Of a stretch of 64,000 bases of DNA, positions 11,975-26,670 are shown piece by piece. Origin of the DNA: Eledone cirrhosa. Taxonomy: Eukaryota. A program made the translations under genes and the position numbers. Location of the stretch: NCBI GenBank assembly GCA_964016885.1, contig OZ024752.1, forward strand, positions 46,748,001 through 46,812,000, written 5' to 3'. Below the pieces are notes generated by a model. That model was not told the DNA's origin and ran no database searches. It worked only from the letters and a program-made list of their open reading frames with translations. Positions within the stretch are counted from its first letter, which is position 1. Every line of letters begins with the position of its first letter.

Positions 11975-14900
11975 TCCTTTTGTTATCATATTTCTAATGA
12001 AAGACACTGCCTAGGATTTCCATATGATTTTGAAAATAATCAAGAATTAGGAGGGGGTTTCGTAACATAAATAATATTCTAATTATTAAGGTGCTAGGAA
12101 CATAAAGATTCTTTCATGAAATTATAATAATAAAAAGGAAGTTTTATACAGCTTTAACCCTTTAGCATTTAAACCAGTCATATCCAGCCAAAATTCTTTC
12201 ACCTCTTTCTGTTCAAACTGGCCACTCGTACTGATGTTAAGGTATTGTTCTCAAATTAAATAATATCATAGATTCAATATAATGTGAGATAAGGCCTTTA
12301 CTGTGAAAATACAATAGTAAATATAGAGTAATGTAAATGTTAAAGGGTTAATTGAGAGGCAAATATTAGTCTAATTATATAGAGAAGTCATAGCAAATCA
12401 CACCACAAAATTCTTCCCAAATCACCTTCTTCAGAGTAAAACTAGTAATATAGAGATAGCTTATAGAATAGCAAAATTGAGAGATCAAACGGTAAGATAA
12501 ATATCACGATTACCCACTGCAGCAGAAAAAAATATACAAAGAATATAATACCATAATACAAAGGACTCTAAAGTATCAAGATGCTAAAATAAACATGTTG
12601 AAAAACTGGAGACTATATAGAAAGAAGAGGCCTCTGTTAAAATGGTTGGTTTTGAGGAAGGGCATCTAGTTGTAGAACTCATGCCAAATATAAAACCTAA
12701 GAGTCAAGACGTGGTTTCCTTACCAATCTAGCCACAGACTGTGACAACCTGTCCAACCCATGCCAGCAAGGAAAGTTTGACATAAAATGATGATGATGAT
12801 GATGATGAATTTTATCCTTTTAGTGTTATGGGTTTTGTAATTATACAGAAATGAACACACTATAGGGTAATTGTCAAAATGTTACAACCTGATGCCCTTC
12901 CTAACACCAACCCTTTAAGTCACGTAGATACGCAAGGTTATATGTGTAACTCAGATAAATATTAAAGTAAAAAATGAACTGATTTCAAGATAGGATTAAG
13001 GTGGCTTTGTTGCCATTAGTTTTTCCATTGCAGATATTATCAGCCACAACTTGCAGACAGAGGAAAGATTTGAACATAGATAAGAAACCACATAGTTTCT
13101 GCCAAACTTCCACCACCCATCCACCCACTCCACTAATCCCCCACCCTTAGACTGGTCCTTTATTTTATTGATCTTGAAAGGATGAAAGGAAAAGTTGACC
13201 TCTGGGATTTGAATTCAGAAAATTGGAATAAATAGTGAGGCATTTAATCCAAAGCTCTTAGGATTTTGTCAATTCAGTGCCTTTCAAGTCCATGGAAATA
13301 TGTGAAAAACTAGCATAATGTATCTTATCTACTGGACCTTCAAAATATATGGCGCATTGTAAAGTCAACATAAAAACAATGATGATGATGATGATATGTA
13401 AGTATATACTGTAACCTTGTGAAGTTGGAAAATTTAGAAGGGTAGAATTTATCAAAATAAAAAAAAAATAAATAAAAAAAGGGAAAGGAAAATGTTAATA
13501 TAATGTATCAATTGTTTTATTTATTTACTTGTTTCAGTCATTAGACTGAAGCTAGTATTCATTTTTAAGTTTTTGAGGCCATGCTGGGGCTGGGGCACTG
13601 CCCTTGTCTGGAACATATTTCACCAGACACTTTTTTGTGGAACTACAAAACGGGCTTACCCAGCTCCCATCTATCAATTTCCACTAACAAAGCATTGAAA
13701 AAAGCCTAGCTTATAGTAAAAAAGATTTGTCCAAGGTACCACAGAGTGGGACTGAACCCCAATGTCAGAGTTACAAAACCACACAACCAGGCCTCCTGTG
13801 TGTTTAAGGGCTTATCCTTCATTTTTGTACCAGCTTATCATACAAATCAAACTTAATAGCTACAAAAATCATGTAGAATTATGTGAGGGGTGATGTAAAT
13901 AAGTAGAGGTGTGGCTGTGTGGTTACACCATATCACTAGTGTTAAAAAAAAAAAAAACAGATGGTATTTATGTCCCTCATAAATAATACATCTTGTGGTC
14001 CTACAAGAACCTTTGTTTAACCCTTTAATGTTCAAACCAGCCAGAATTCTCTAACCTCTTTCTGTTCAAACTGGTTGTAACTGGCCGCTCATACTGATGT
14101 TACGGTATTGTTCTCAAAATAAATACTATCAAAATCTCATAGATTCGATATTATGTGAGGTAAAGCCTTTACCATGAAAATATAATAGTAAATATATAGA
14201 GTAATGTAAATGGTAAAGGGTTAAAACACTAGTTTAATAATGAGAAACTTTTCAAAATCATTTGAAAATCATAGGCAGTTTCTTCTTTCATTAGAAATAT
14301 GGTAAATGAAAGGAATAAAACCATTATTTTTATATTTGATGTAATGACAACGTTGCCATTACAAAATAATTCAACGTTTTCTAGAAAATGGTTTTAAAGT
14401 AACATTGACTTGTTGTGTCGGTGAAAATATTAGTAAACATGAAACAGAAATTTGAAAATATATTTTTAAAGAAGAGTGTAACAATGAAATAGTATAAATT
14501 CTAAGGTGGAATATTGGAATAGCTCAACAGCAGGAGGTCATCATTTATGATGGTAAAACTTTCATATTTTTATTTCCGAATGCAAAGTCTAGATCAAGCT
14601 TTGTGTATTTAAAATTTTTTTTTTGGTTCTGTTTTTTTTTTTTTCGTCTGTTCAGTCAAGAAGAGAAGAGCAGTGCCCATGAAACATTTAACCCTTTAGC
14701 ATTTAAACCAGCCAAATCCAGCCAGAATTCTCTCACCACTTTCTGTTCAAACCAGCTGTAGCTGGCCACTCATACTGATGTTAAGATATTGTTCTCAAAA
14801 TCTCATAGATTCAATATTATGTGAGGTAAAGCTTTACTGCGAAAATACAATAGTAAATATAGAGTGATGTAAATGCTAAAGGGTTAAGGGTCTCTGAGAC

Positions 14901-16062
14901 TGGTATGAGAATGGGAGAGAGAGAGAGAGAGGAAGGAATCCTGAGACTGAAGATCTGGCCACAAAGCTTGTAATAGAGGACACCGTTAAAGGCCACCAAA
15001 GTTCAATGGGTATCGTGATAAACAAAATGATGGATTAAATTTAGCACTCAAGTAAGCCACATTAGAACTTAATTCAGAATGTAAAAAGAGGGACCAAAAA
15101 CCACAAGACAGCTCATGCTCTAAAATCTCAACTAATTAACTGCCCTGAACTGGTATTTTATTTTATCAACTCCCACAAGGATTGAAAGACAAAGTTAACC
15201 CATGACAGGATTTGAACTAAAAGAGCTAAAACAAATAGCTTTTTGTTATATGCCCTAAAGACCCAATCTGCCACCTTTTATGTGAGCAGGAAATAAAACT
15301 ATAGTTGAGTACCATAAAAGGGGACTAGAGAATGTTTGGGGTGATGATGTCCTACCCTACCAAGTCTAACTGTTGGTGGCAAAGAGGAAAGTGAATTTTT
15401 AAATTCTTCGATGTGTCGATGACAACAGTTCACACTGTAAGGTGGCCGTGTAGGAGACACAGTGAAAAGGCTCCCAGTCCACACGGTAAATGTGGTTGGT
15501 GTTAGGAAGGGCATCCAGCTGTAAAAAAACCTGCCAGAGATGCTTCCGTGCGAGCGAGACATGGTCTCTGCATCAAATGGAACAAAACAACTGTCTAACC
15601 CATGCTAGCGTGGAAGATGGACGTTAAACGATGATGATGATGATGATGATACAATATCCTTCTGAGAATATTAGCAGGTAGAATGAACAAAACCCAACCA
15701 TAAAGCTAGGATTTAAAAGAAAAATTTCCTCATTGAACCAAAGATTTTCAGAACACATAAATGTAAAAAAAAAAAAAATTGTTAAAACAGGTTTGTAAAA
15801 TCGATGAAATGAAAATTTTTCCTTTCTCTTCTTAGTCAAAATTAAGTGTTTTAATCCCAAACCACCCAAAACAATCCTAGACCTTATGACACACAAGAGT
15901 TTGTTTTAAACCTTTTCCTCGTAATTTTTTTTATGTAAGAACCATGTTAAGTTATATAGCAGGTTAGTAATGAGAATGGTAAGTATTGATTACTTTCAAA
16001 ATTAATTGAAATATACTATGTATTTCATTAGAAATATGGTAAGAAAACAGTTAAATGACTAT

Positions 16063-16103
<41 letters not shown>

Positions 16104-19100
16104 GAGCAAGACAAGGTCAGCTGACAGGACAACCCGTCTAACCCATGCTAGCGTGGAAGAATGGACGTAAAACGGTGAGGACGATGATAATGATTTCTAG
16201 TATAGGCACAAGGCCAGTAATTTGGGGGAGGGGCAAGTCGATTAAATCGACCCCAGTACGTTACTGGTGCTTTATTTTATCGAACCCCGTAAGGATGAAA
16301 GGCAAAATTAACCTCCGCGGGATTTGAACTCAGACCATAAAGGGACGTAACTCTATGCTGCAAAGAATGGCGTCCGATTCTCTACCGATACTGCCAATCG
16401 ACCGCCCTGGAGAGAGAGAGAAAGAGACCATCAGCAGCATGGGTTGGATGAAAGTTTCTGAGGAAGTATTCTAGTTGTATGCCTTTCTTGATGCCAACCC
16501 TTACTTCTAAGTATGGTATTATTCCATTGATCTTCAGTGGACAAACATCATTGGCTGCTTTTAAGCAGAGTCAACGTGAAGACGTAGAAATAAATATACA
16601 TGCGCGCACACAGTCAGTCATCTGCACAGTTCCCTTCTACCAGATTTACTCACAGTCCAACAATATGATAAAGAATACTTGTTCTTTTGTTCCGACTCCC
16701 TGTAGTTCAAATCCCACCAAAGTTACGTTACCTTTTATCCTTACCAAGACGCTATTAAAGTATCGGTACTAGGATTGATTCTTTGATTCTTCTTTCTCTC
16801 TCTAACATGGAATAGTCTAAATAAAAACTGATACAGTGATCTAGTGAATCAGTTCCTAGTTGATGCTGTGAAGTGATTACTGATAGAAAGGGTGACCAGA
16901 CAGGAAATAAAAACCCATGCCAAAATCATAAACAGTACAACTTACAATATACAAATATCGGTGAATTAGTTAAAACTAGGAATTTTACACTTTTGATAGC
17001 AAACCACCTAAAATCACTCTTCGTAACAAATATGACAAAAGCAGCACATATACACACATACAAATGTAATAGGAATGATACAATTTTTTAATTACAAAAT
17101 GATTTCCAATCACAATAGTTATATCAAACTTATAGACAATAATAGCTGTGAGGGTCCAGGGAAGTTTAATAAGAATGTCAACAATTCAAATCCTGTGATA
17201 GCTACTGAAATTTCTATCAAACGATACAAAATTGGAATAAAATTTAACCCACTAATGTTAAAAATTCATGTAAAATTTTTTTAATAATAATAAATCTTTT
17301 TGATAATCCATTAAATAAGTGCTGTGATTAGCTATGAACTTAAGAAGAATTTAAATATTTTCTAGAAATTTTCTAATTTTTCTTGAATTAAAGAATATTT
17401 ACAAAGAATTTTATTTAGTAATTATAAATCCAACCGTTTCCCTAAAAAATAGTTTATAATTCATTTTATAAGAGAAAAGACTGCACCCACCACCACAAAT
17501 TGAGAAAAAAAAGGGAGTTTGAGAGAATTTTGGCTTAGAGCTCATAAACAATGAGAAATAACTAATGCATAACTATATATTTAATAAAACAAAATAGAAA
17601 AAAAGCACATATTTCATATTTACAAGTATAAAAGTCAGAAATAAGAATAAAAAAATGATTTAATGTTAAAAATGCAATAATTTTAGTGTTACGCTTCAGT
17701 TAAGCTGTCAAAGAAAATCTTTTTAAATAAAATAAAAATAAAATAGTTAAAACAATCCAAATTAAAACATCACCTAAACTTACCCATATTTTCCTCACAT
17801 TAAACAGGTTTTTGGTTGCAATTGATTTGTACAATTAATACAAAGCATTCTATAAAACTATATACATATATAAATATATATATATACATATAAATATAAG
17901 GAACATATGTATATAGAAGTTATCGATTTATCGAGATTTTGTGAAAAACCAGCCTTAAATAACCTATCAAATGCCAATCAATAAACGAAGATTCGTTAGA
18001 TAAAAATTAACCTTGATTACATTGGATTCTGCCATGGGCTTAACTTCAAGAGAACACACTTCACCATAATGTTTTGGCTTAACTTCAAGAGAACACACTT
18101 CACCATGTTTGGGCTTAATTTTAAGAGAACACCACACTTCAACAGACACAAAAATCCCTATATAAAACACTTCATTACATTGAAAACAAAAACAGATTTG
18201 AAAATAGTATTATTTATGTAACCAGAAGATGAAATATTGCAACAGCAGTGTTATGTGTGGCTCTAATTCAAGAACAATAGTCCAGTCTGCATACTAAATA
18301 AGAACAGCATCTATTTATACTAACCCTAACTCTTCTGATACCAAACTACCTGAAACCACCCTTCATTCTACAATACAAAACTATTTGTTTTTAAAGTAGT
18401 CATATTTATCTAAAAACCTTCCATCATAATTCTATTTAAGAAACTAAGTTTTGCTCAAAACACCAGAATTCTCTCACCTCTTTCTGTTCAAACTGGCTAT
18501 AACTGGCCACTCATACTGATGTTAAGGTATTGTTCTCAAAATATCATAGATTCAATATTATAAAGATAAATTATGTGAAATAAAGCCTTTACCATGAAAA
18601 TATAAGTATATATAGAGTAATGTAAATGCTAAAGGGTTAAACATGCTTAATATTTATTCATTGAATACAAATAATGTTATTTTTCACTAAGCACAAGGTG
18701 TATTTTTTTAATGTTAGTTTGTTTATTGTTTTAAGATTTTGTCCAAGAGATTTGATCCTTGTTATCAATTCTTCCTCAAGAGCAGAATTTAAAAAAACTA
18801 TTGACCCATGGAAGACTTTGTAGAAATCTTATTATAATAAAACAACTATAGTAAGGAGCTTTTATCTGAATCATTTCTATATACAGGGTGTCATAAAAAA
18901 ATGTATACACATATTTATTAGAATGTTATTGAAGTCTGTATACATTTTCAGGACAGCCTGTATATATTAACTCTTTTGATACTAACGCGGCCTAAAACAG
19001 CTCTGGTTCTGGAACAACCACCTATCTTAAAGGGTTCTTATTCCTATTTAAATCTTCCAACATAATTTTATATAAGAAATAATAATTTTTGTAAATCCAT

Positions 19101-21364
19101 TAAAATTCTTCATTAATTACATTAGAAATATGGTCATAAAAATTGTTAAGGGAAACTGGAGTTAGGCCTAATATAATTCTGATACTTATGAAAAATGTAA
19201 TAATTTACAGCTCACTCTCATGAAGGTTTTAGCTAGCCTCCTACAAAATTACATCAAATAGGTTTAGTGGGTGTTTTAATGATAGAGGCCACAGTCCTAC
19301 CATGAAAAGCAAAATCACCTGGTTTGGAAATCAAACCCACAACCATAACTATTAGACCATGTGACTTCACTTTATGTCAACTTGAGACAGGATTTGAGCT
19401 CAAAGAAGATACATCAACTAACTCAGTGTTCTAACTACACCAAATATTTTGTCTTTTATACATTAGGAATCATAAATAGAATTGGGATTTCCTCATCATC
19501 ATTTCACAATCAATTATAAAAATTCTGCATTAAAATAATCCACAAATGTTAGGGTCATATACATGAAACATGCACAAGGTCCGAAGACAAAAGAACCAAA
19601 CTCTCACTGCTTCCATCTCTCCCTATCGTGAGCAAATGGGGGACAACATGGAGAGGGCGTTTCCCCCAGAGGGAGACACACTGGAAGAGCCACTCCAGCT
19701 CGCGATGCAAATGTTACAACTTGAAAAACCTCTCTCCAATCTATATCACCATATAAATACGAGACAGACAGCCTAACCTCTTGGCCATGTGTATTTACTG
19801 AAATGTAACTAGTTATTTTACTCAATTTGAGACTTAAAGAACAAAGGTCATTGAACAACAACAACAACAACACACACACACATGAAGAAAGATGTCAAAA
19901 TATGGCAGAAAGACTAACATTGAGCATATCACATATCAACTAATTAGATTAATCAAATAGACAGAGCTTAATTTGTGAAATGATACCTACAGATTAATTT
20001 TAATTAAAAAATTCTACTTAAAAGTTTCACCGATTCAGAAACTGAATTAGATTCTCTAACGATAAAACATGAAGATGCTAAAACTATTAGCGTTTAATGT
20101 TGAGTAAATTGTCACATGAGAGAATAGTGTACTAGTTGTGTTAGTTAGAACATGGTACTAGATTGGACAGAACAGTAGAGGTGTCTAGTCAAATACTAAT
20201 TGTACTAAACCATGGTATTTGTTTGAACTGAACAGTAGAGGTGACTAATCAAATACTAATTGTACAAAACCATGGTACTAGTTTCGACTCAGGAGCAAAG
20301 GTGACTAATCTAAGAATGTCCATTTCACAACAAGCAGCATCAGTTGTCTACAGATGTCCACTGATCTTAGGGGTTTCAATGTTGGGTAAATACTTTACCA
20401 GGGGGAGAGAGGGGGGATAGGACCAGAACAGCTTCATCTTGATGACAAACCACTTTACACATGAACAATGAGAGAGAGAACTGAGCCTCGCTATAAAATG
20501 CTGCACTACAATTCTCAAATATGTTAGTAAATAACTGCTTAAGCTTGTCACATCGTACAAGTATTTCTACCAACACACCATCCCCATATATTACGGGTGC
20601 AGGCCATGGATGTGGTTAACAGATATTTGTTTAATGGAGAGGTATATAGTGTGCATACAATTTTAAAAAATGTATGCGCACTTCAACAGCATTCTAATAA
20701 ATATTGCCTGTACAGGTAATCAAAGTGTGTATACATTTTGGGGGGACACCCTGTATATTGCAAATGCAGGCATGGCTATAGTTAAGAGATATATATTTAA
20801 TGGGTAGCTATATACTTATATATATGATAACACACACACACACACACACAAAGGACCGTGACGAATGGAGAGATGCTGTGGTGAATAGGACCCGTCCCAC
20901 CTTTGCAAGCAGGGGAAAACAGATGTAAAATGATGATGATATATATATATATATATATATATATCCACACACACCAATGACAAAGGAAACATCGAAACAT
21001 CGTCAATACTTTTTTCAAAAATGATAAAAGGGGAGAGAAAGCCGTCATCTGTTGAGATACATAAATATGATCAGAAAACCAACATTGGATGAATTAATAA
21101 GCTAGCTCGGAGGTAACTAGGAAGAAGCAACACTTAAGAATCAACTGCAATGATGTGAATATGATGAAAATAGCTAACAGCAGTATGAGAAATGATAGGG
21201 GTGAACTGTGTTACATAATAACAGGAGTTATTGGGTAATAGTACTGATAAGAAGTGGGAGACAGGAGCAGGGGTGGGAGATGTTTCTCTAAGGAGAAGGA
21301 TGTAATAAACAATGATTATGTATGAAGCTGAATTTCCGGCTTTTAACCACTGAATATAATATAT

Positions 21365-21394
<30 letters not shown>

Positions 21395-21397
<3 letters not shown>

Positions 21398-21650
21398 AGT
21401 ATAAAGGGTGTGCTTAAGTGCAGAGATGCTATAAAAATAGCTTATAAAAAACACGGAAAAAGAAGTTGCCATTGGCTGCTATTAGGAATTTAACCCTATA
21501 TCTTCCTGATACGATATCTGGAAGTTATGGGGTTCAGTTCCTATTAGAGGCCAATGGCAACTTATTTTTCTGTCTTTTAAAGGTCTTCACCCTATTTAAT
21601 AAGCTATCTTTATAGCATCTGTGCTTGAGCACATCCTATATACTTATATA
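21395..21650. mobile_element. Foldback (long imperfect inverted repeat) element in (TA)n
   Basis: Arms such as AGATGCTATAAA / TTTATAGCATCT and AAGTTGCCATTGGC / GCCAATGGCAACTT. Confidence 0.6.
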
Positions 21651-22468
21651 TATATATAATGTGTTTGATCTATCACAGTCTAACATTTTAAATTCCAATC
21701 ACTGAAATTGAGATGTATGTAGGATTAAATAAGATCTGAAGTGAAATTTTAATCATTTGAACCGATTTAGAAATGCTAAAACATAATTTTTTTATATTGG
21801 AATTTCAAAGTAAATTTTTCTTTTTAAACATTATTTATGTAATGTTAGAGTACTTTCATCAATGGAATAGGTGATTAAATATATCTTAACTTATTAAGGT
21901 AAATAAACTGAAAAATTGGTGAAAGGTTTGGAAGTTTAACTGAAGAAATTGTTTGTCAATAAAGAAATTCAGGTTCAAATTTATATTTCACTAGCATGTT
22001 AACCCTTTAGCATTTAAACCGGCCAGAATTCTCTCTCCTCTTTCTATTCAAACCGGCTGTAACTGGCTGCTCATACCTACATTAAGGTATTATTCTCAAA
22101 GTAAATAACATCAAAATCTCATAGATTCAATATTATGTGAGATAATTACATGAGATAAAGCCTTTACTACAAAAATACAATCATAAATATAGAGTAATGT
22201 GAATGCCAGAGGGTTAAACGTTTTTTCTCTCTATGTCTACATTTTAAGATATGTGAAATCCTAACTGTGTGTGTGTGTGTAAATTTCTGAAATGAAAATA
22301 TACATACCCAGACAGAGAAAGAGAAAAATGTTAATATAATGTAGAATCAAGACTTGAACCTATATCTCCTGTTAACCATACGTGTGTTTATCTCAGATAT
22401 AATCTAATGTTCCAACAATATTCTCTTACAACTTTATAAGCTTATAAAAGCTAGATATATTTTTAGGA

Positions 22469-22631
22469 CAGGGATCAGCAAATTCTGTTTATAACGAGCC
22501 ACTTTTGATTGGATTTTCTTATTGTTTTGCCCATGACCCACATGTATATTATATCATCTCTTATATAAAAATCAAAAATAGCCCAAGGCCCACAGAAAGC
22601 TCCTTAATAGCCCAGCTGTTGCTGACACCTG
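22469..22631. mobile_element. hAT-like MITE
   Basis: Ends CAGGGATCAGCAA / TTGCTGACACCTG with imperfect 8-bp TSD TTTTAGGA / GCTTAGGA. Confidence 0.55.
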
Positions 22632-23969
22632 GCTTAGGAGACTATTAGAGAGACAACAGAGGCTTAATCTGGAAAGTACTTGGGTCAAATTAATCCAAAG
22701 GATGTGAATTAAATTCCCACTTTTACCTTCATTAATGACTCCATGCTTTTGTATGTATATGAGTGACAGAAAAAGCAAAAAAACAAAAAAAAAAACAAAG
22801 AGAAACTTACATTGAAAAAGTCCAAGGACTTGATCAGTAAAAGTTATGCATATTTTATAAAATATCATTAATTCTTGACATGACTTCATAGTCGTAAAGA
22901 ATGAAGAAAACAAACACCATATATACTCAGATATAAGCTGACCCCTGTTTTATGTCTGAGAAATGGGCAAAAATCCAAACCAGTGTATGTGTATGTGTAT
23001 ATATACCTTACCCAATTACACCTCTCATAAAAGCCAACCTTACCCAATTACACTTCTCAAAGGCGATGACACACGACCATGACCTCTGGCGTCACGCAGT
23101 AATACAGAGTACCCAACCTCCCATGGGTACAAGCTGAAGCATATAGACAATATGCCCCCACACCCTCCCACACTGTAAAGTGGACGTGTAGGCGCGACGG
23201 AATAAAGCAGCCAGCACTCACTGTAAATGAGGTTGGTGTTAGGAAGAGCATCCAGCCAGGATCAGTCCCCGTATGAGCAAGGCATGGTCAGCCGACCAGA
23301 CACTGCCCACAACAGGACAACCCGTCTAACTCATGCTAGCATGGAAGAACAGACGTAGAACGGTGATGATGATATACTGAGGTAGGTAGTCAACACATCA
23401 CGGTGCAATTTTGAAATTCTCATGAGTGGAGAATATATTTATGAAGTTTTAATATTTTGATATTTAAAATGTCTTACGCGTCGTTTAGAGAATAGTTTTT
23501 GTTTCACAACTCCATCATGTAATGATTCTTGTCCCCAATTTCCGTCCATTTTGAAGGCCTTATTCATTGAAAACTTATCAAAAACAATAGGAAATCCGAA
23601 TTTCATGGCAAAAGTGAAATCCTCATCCTCATTTAAGGTCCATCTTCCACGCTAGCATGGGTAGGACGGGTTGGCCCTTAGGGAGAGAATCAGATTAGCG
23701 GACCATGTTTAGCTCACCCGGAGCAGAAACTGGTGTAATATTCACCTCCAAAGTGAAGCAGGTGTAATATTCACCTCCAAAACAAAAATATTTTAGCACA
23801 TCATTTATGTAGAATTTCAAAGGTGGTGAGAACCAGCAAAATATCAATCTCGAGTATAAGCCGACCCTCATTTTAGCATCTTTTGTTTTGTCTGCCCCCA
23901 CATATTTCTCAGCTTATATACAAGTATACACAGTAAATAACAATAAAGTAATGATAACTAATAACTTAC

Positions 23970-25198
23970 TTGGGTAAATTCTGGTTGGATATTTTTTTCT
24001 TGTCAACACCATGTCTTTCATCACTCATTTGGGCTTCACTGTCTTCCTCATCCTCATCCTCCTCCTCCTCATCTTCCTCTTCCTCGTCGTCTTCATCGTA
24101 CTCTTCAGCATCTTCTACTTCCTCCTCATCGTCGTCGTCGTCATCATCAGCAACCTCTGACCCGTCTTCATCGGACGAAGCTTCATCGATGTTGTCACAA
24201 GAATCTTCCTCCTCCAAAACCTGCTGCTGTTGCTGCTGGTGATGGTGGTGGTGGTGGTGGTGGTGTTTCGATTTCTTTATCTTACCAACACTGCATTCCT
24301 GTTCTTTCTTAGGCTTCACTTTCTTCTTGCTCAGCAGTTGTCTACTATAACCCCACTTATTATCAATGGTGGAAAGCTTGCCCTTCTTCGCTGCAAGTAC
24401 ATTATGTCCATCAGCAGATACATCGCTGTCAGATAATTCCATGTCATCGCTATATATCTGCAGCGAGTAAATTTCCTCAAGCTTTTTTCGTTGTTTTTTA
24501 GATAAAAGTTTTAAACGACTGCTGCTCACATCTAGTTTTGGTTTCAGTGGTTCCTTTCGGCCCCCCTTGTGGGGAGTAAGAACGGATTTCCCAATCCGAA
24601 CCTTCTTTTTGTTGACAATATGATTAGCACCTTTTTGCTGTTTCATTTTCTTCAATTTGCTGGGGGTGTGCATATCGTAAATACAAACCCCATCAGCATC
24701 TTCAAAATTTGCAGGTAATAATTTCTTTTTCTTTTTACCTTTATTCGAAGAATTTGAAGACCCATACAATGGAGCATCTCCAGTTAGCTTCTTCCACCTT
24801 TGTAATTTAGAGCTAGGTTTATCCATATACTGCCTTTTCTTTAGCAGTTTACTTAGCCGGCTGGTCTTCTCTCCATCTGAATCGGTTTCAACGCTGCCAT
24901 TCTTTTGAAATTTCCGTTTTTTCTTTGGTGGAAGCTCCATTGCACCTTCATCTCTGCCCACTTTGTACTGACGGGAAGATGGACACGATAGCTGCTTCAG
25001 TATCTTCTCTTTCAAGTCATTTGATGAATCGATTTTAAGACCACGCCAGTAGCTGGTTACTTTTCCAGACGACACATCAATATCAGGAGTCTCACTTAAA
25101 ATCTTCCTTTTTTTCTTTGCAAGCATCTTTGGTCCATTAACACTGAGTGATGTACACTTATTCTTCTTGCTGGTACCTTTGATTCCGTGAGGTGACAT
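23970..25198 (-). CDS. NOL9: First coding exon of NOL9 (Lys-rich, poly-His/Gln and Asp/Glu-rich low-complexity N-terminus); exon extends as 5'UTR to acceptor at 25393
   Basis: ATG at 25198; strong acceptor (long T tract...AACAG) at 25394-25396; donor CCCAA|GTAAGT at 23970/23969 in phase 2, which joins in frame (AA+G=Lys) to the phase-2 acceptor at 1821. Assignment to NOL9 rests on this splice fit, not on homology of this exon. Confidence 0.72.
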
Positions 25199-25904
25199 AT
25201 CAACAAAAGCAAGCTATCAGCAAATAGCTGCATTCATTATATACAGCACAGTTTAGAAACAAACCTATTTCTAACCTGCTATCTTCTTGCTGCTTTGCTT
25301 CACTTTCCTTCTCTGCTTATTATTATTATTGTTATAATTATTATTATTTAATCTTCAATCATACATGCTGAACAATAGTTAATGTTCACAGGCCTGTTAA
25401 AAGAAAAAAAAAAAAAGGTTTTAATATTTTATTAAATACTGCTTAACCCTTTAACATTTACATTACTTTATATATACTATTGTATTTTCATGGTAAAGGT
25501 TTTATCTCACATCAAATCTATGAGATTTTGATATTTATTTTGAGAACAATTCCTTAACATGAGTATGAATAGCCAGTTATGGCCAGTTTAAACAGAAAGA
25601 AGTGAGAGAATTCAGGCCAGACGGGACCAGTTTAAATGCTAAAGGGTTAAAGAATACAAAGAACATTAAATACCAGAAAATAAATAATTCTTGATAATCT
25701 AGTTAGCATGCATGTATGTACAAGTACTCTAGTTTCAATATTTTTAAGTAAAATCTTTTTCAAAGGAAAATATCAATAAGGTATACAAAGTGTTGACAGT
25801 TGGAAGACAAGGAAAAGAGCAAATCAACAACAGTATATTTGACTGCAGAGTAGATATAGACAGAGAGCATTAAAATATATTAAACTATGTATATTTAAAT
25901 TGAA

Positions 25905-26161
25905 TAGGCTATGTAGCCGGTAAATCATAAATTGACGCAACACACATCGCTATGGCGTTTCACCAACCCCTTCCTTCTGTTGTCTGTATCTGTTTATGTA
26001 TTTTCATATAGATGTGTAAGGAACTAAAGCATAGCAACGTGTGTTAAGAATGGACGATTTTAACTTGTTTCTTTAACAATTGATGGTGGAAAAGATTTCA
26101 AATTGTCTTAACTCGGGCCGCAACTCAGGGTGCCTGACACTCTTACCGGCTACATAGCCTG
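25905..26161. mobile_element. Tc1/mariner-like MITE
   Basis: TIR AGGCTATGTAGCCGGTAA / TTACCGGCTACATAGCCT, TA flank on the right. Confidence 0.65.
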
Positions 26162-26614
26162 TATGTATTTATAATATATTGTTGCAGGTATAGCTGCAAA
26201 GTTTAGAAGTTTGTTTCCATGCACCTCAAATAAGCGTCTTCTACAATACCTTCGGGCCAAGCAATGCCTTGTCAGTGAATTTGGTAAATGGGAGATGTTT
26301 AGAAACTTGTCGTTTGTTGTGTATGAGTCTGTCTGTCTTTACATCCAAAACAATGTTAAGTCAGTGAATTTTTATAACATATTAAAAAGTATAGGTTGGG
26401 AGGCAAACACAGATGGGCTGGCGATGTCCCTTGTCTCAGAGACGACAGGTGGACTATTAGAGTGACAGGGTGGACACCAAGGCAGTGGAGAAGAACTAGA
26501 GGGTGATAGGAAGTGATAGAGGTCAATCAGGGGGATGGGTCCTCCAACAGGAGGGAGAATGCCCTGGATTTTAGGTTGGAGGCGGCTGTAGAAATTTGCC
26601 ATGGATAAAGTGGG

Positions 26615-26670
<56 letters not shown>

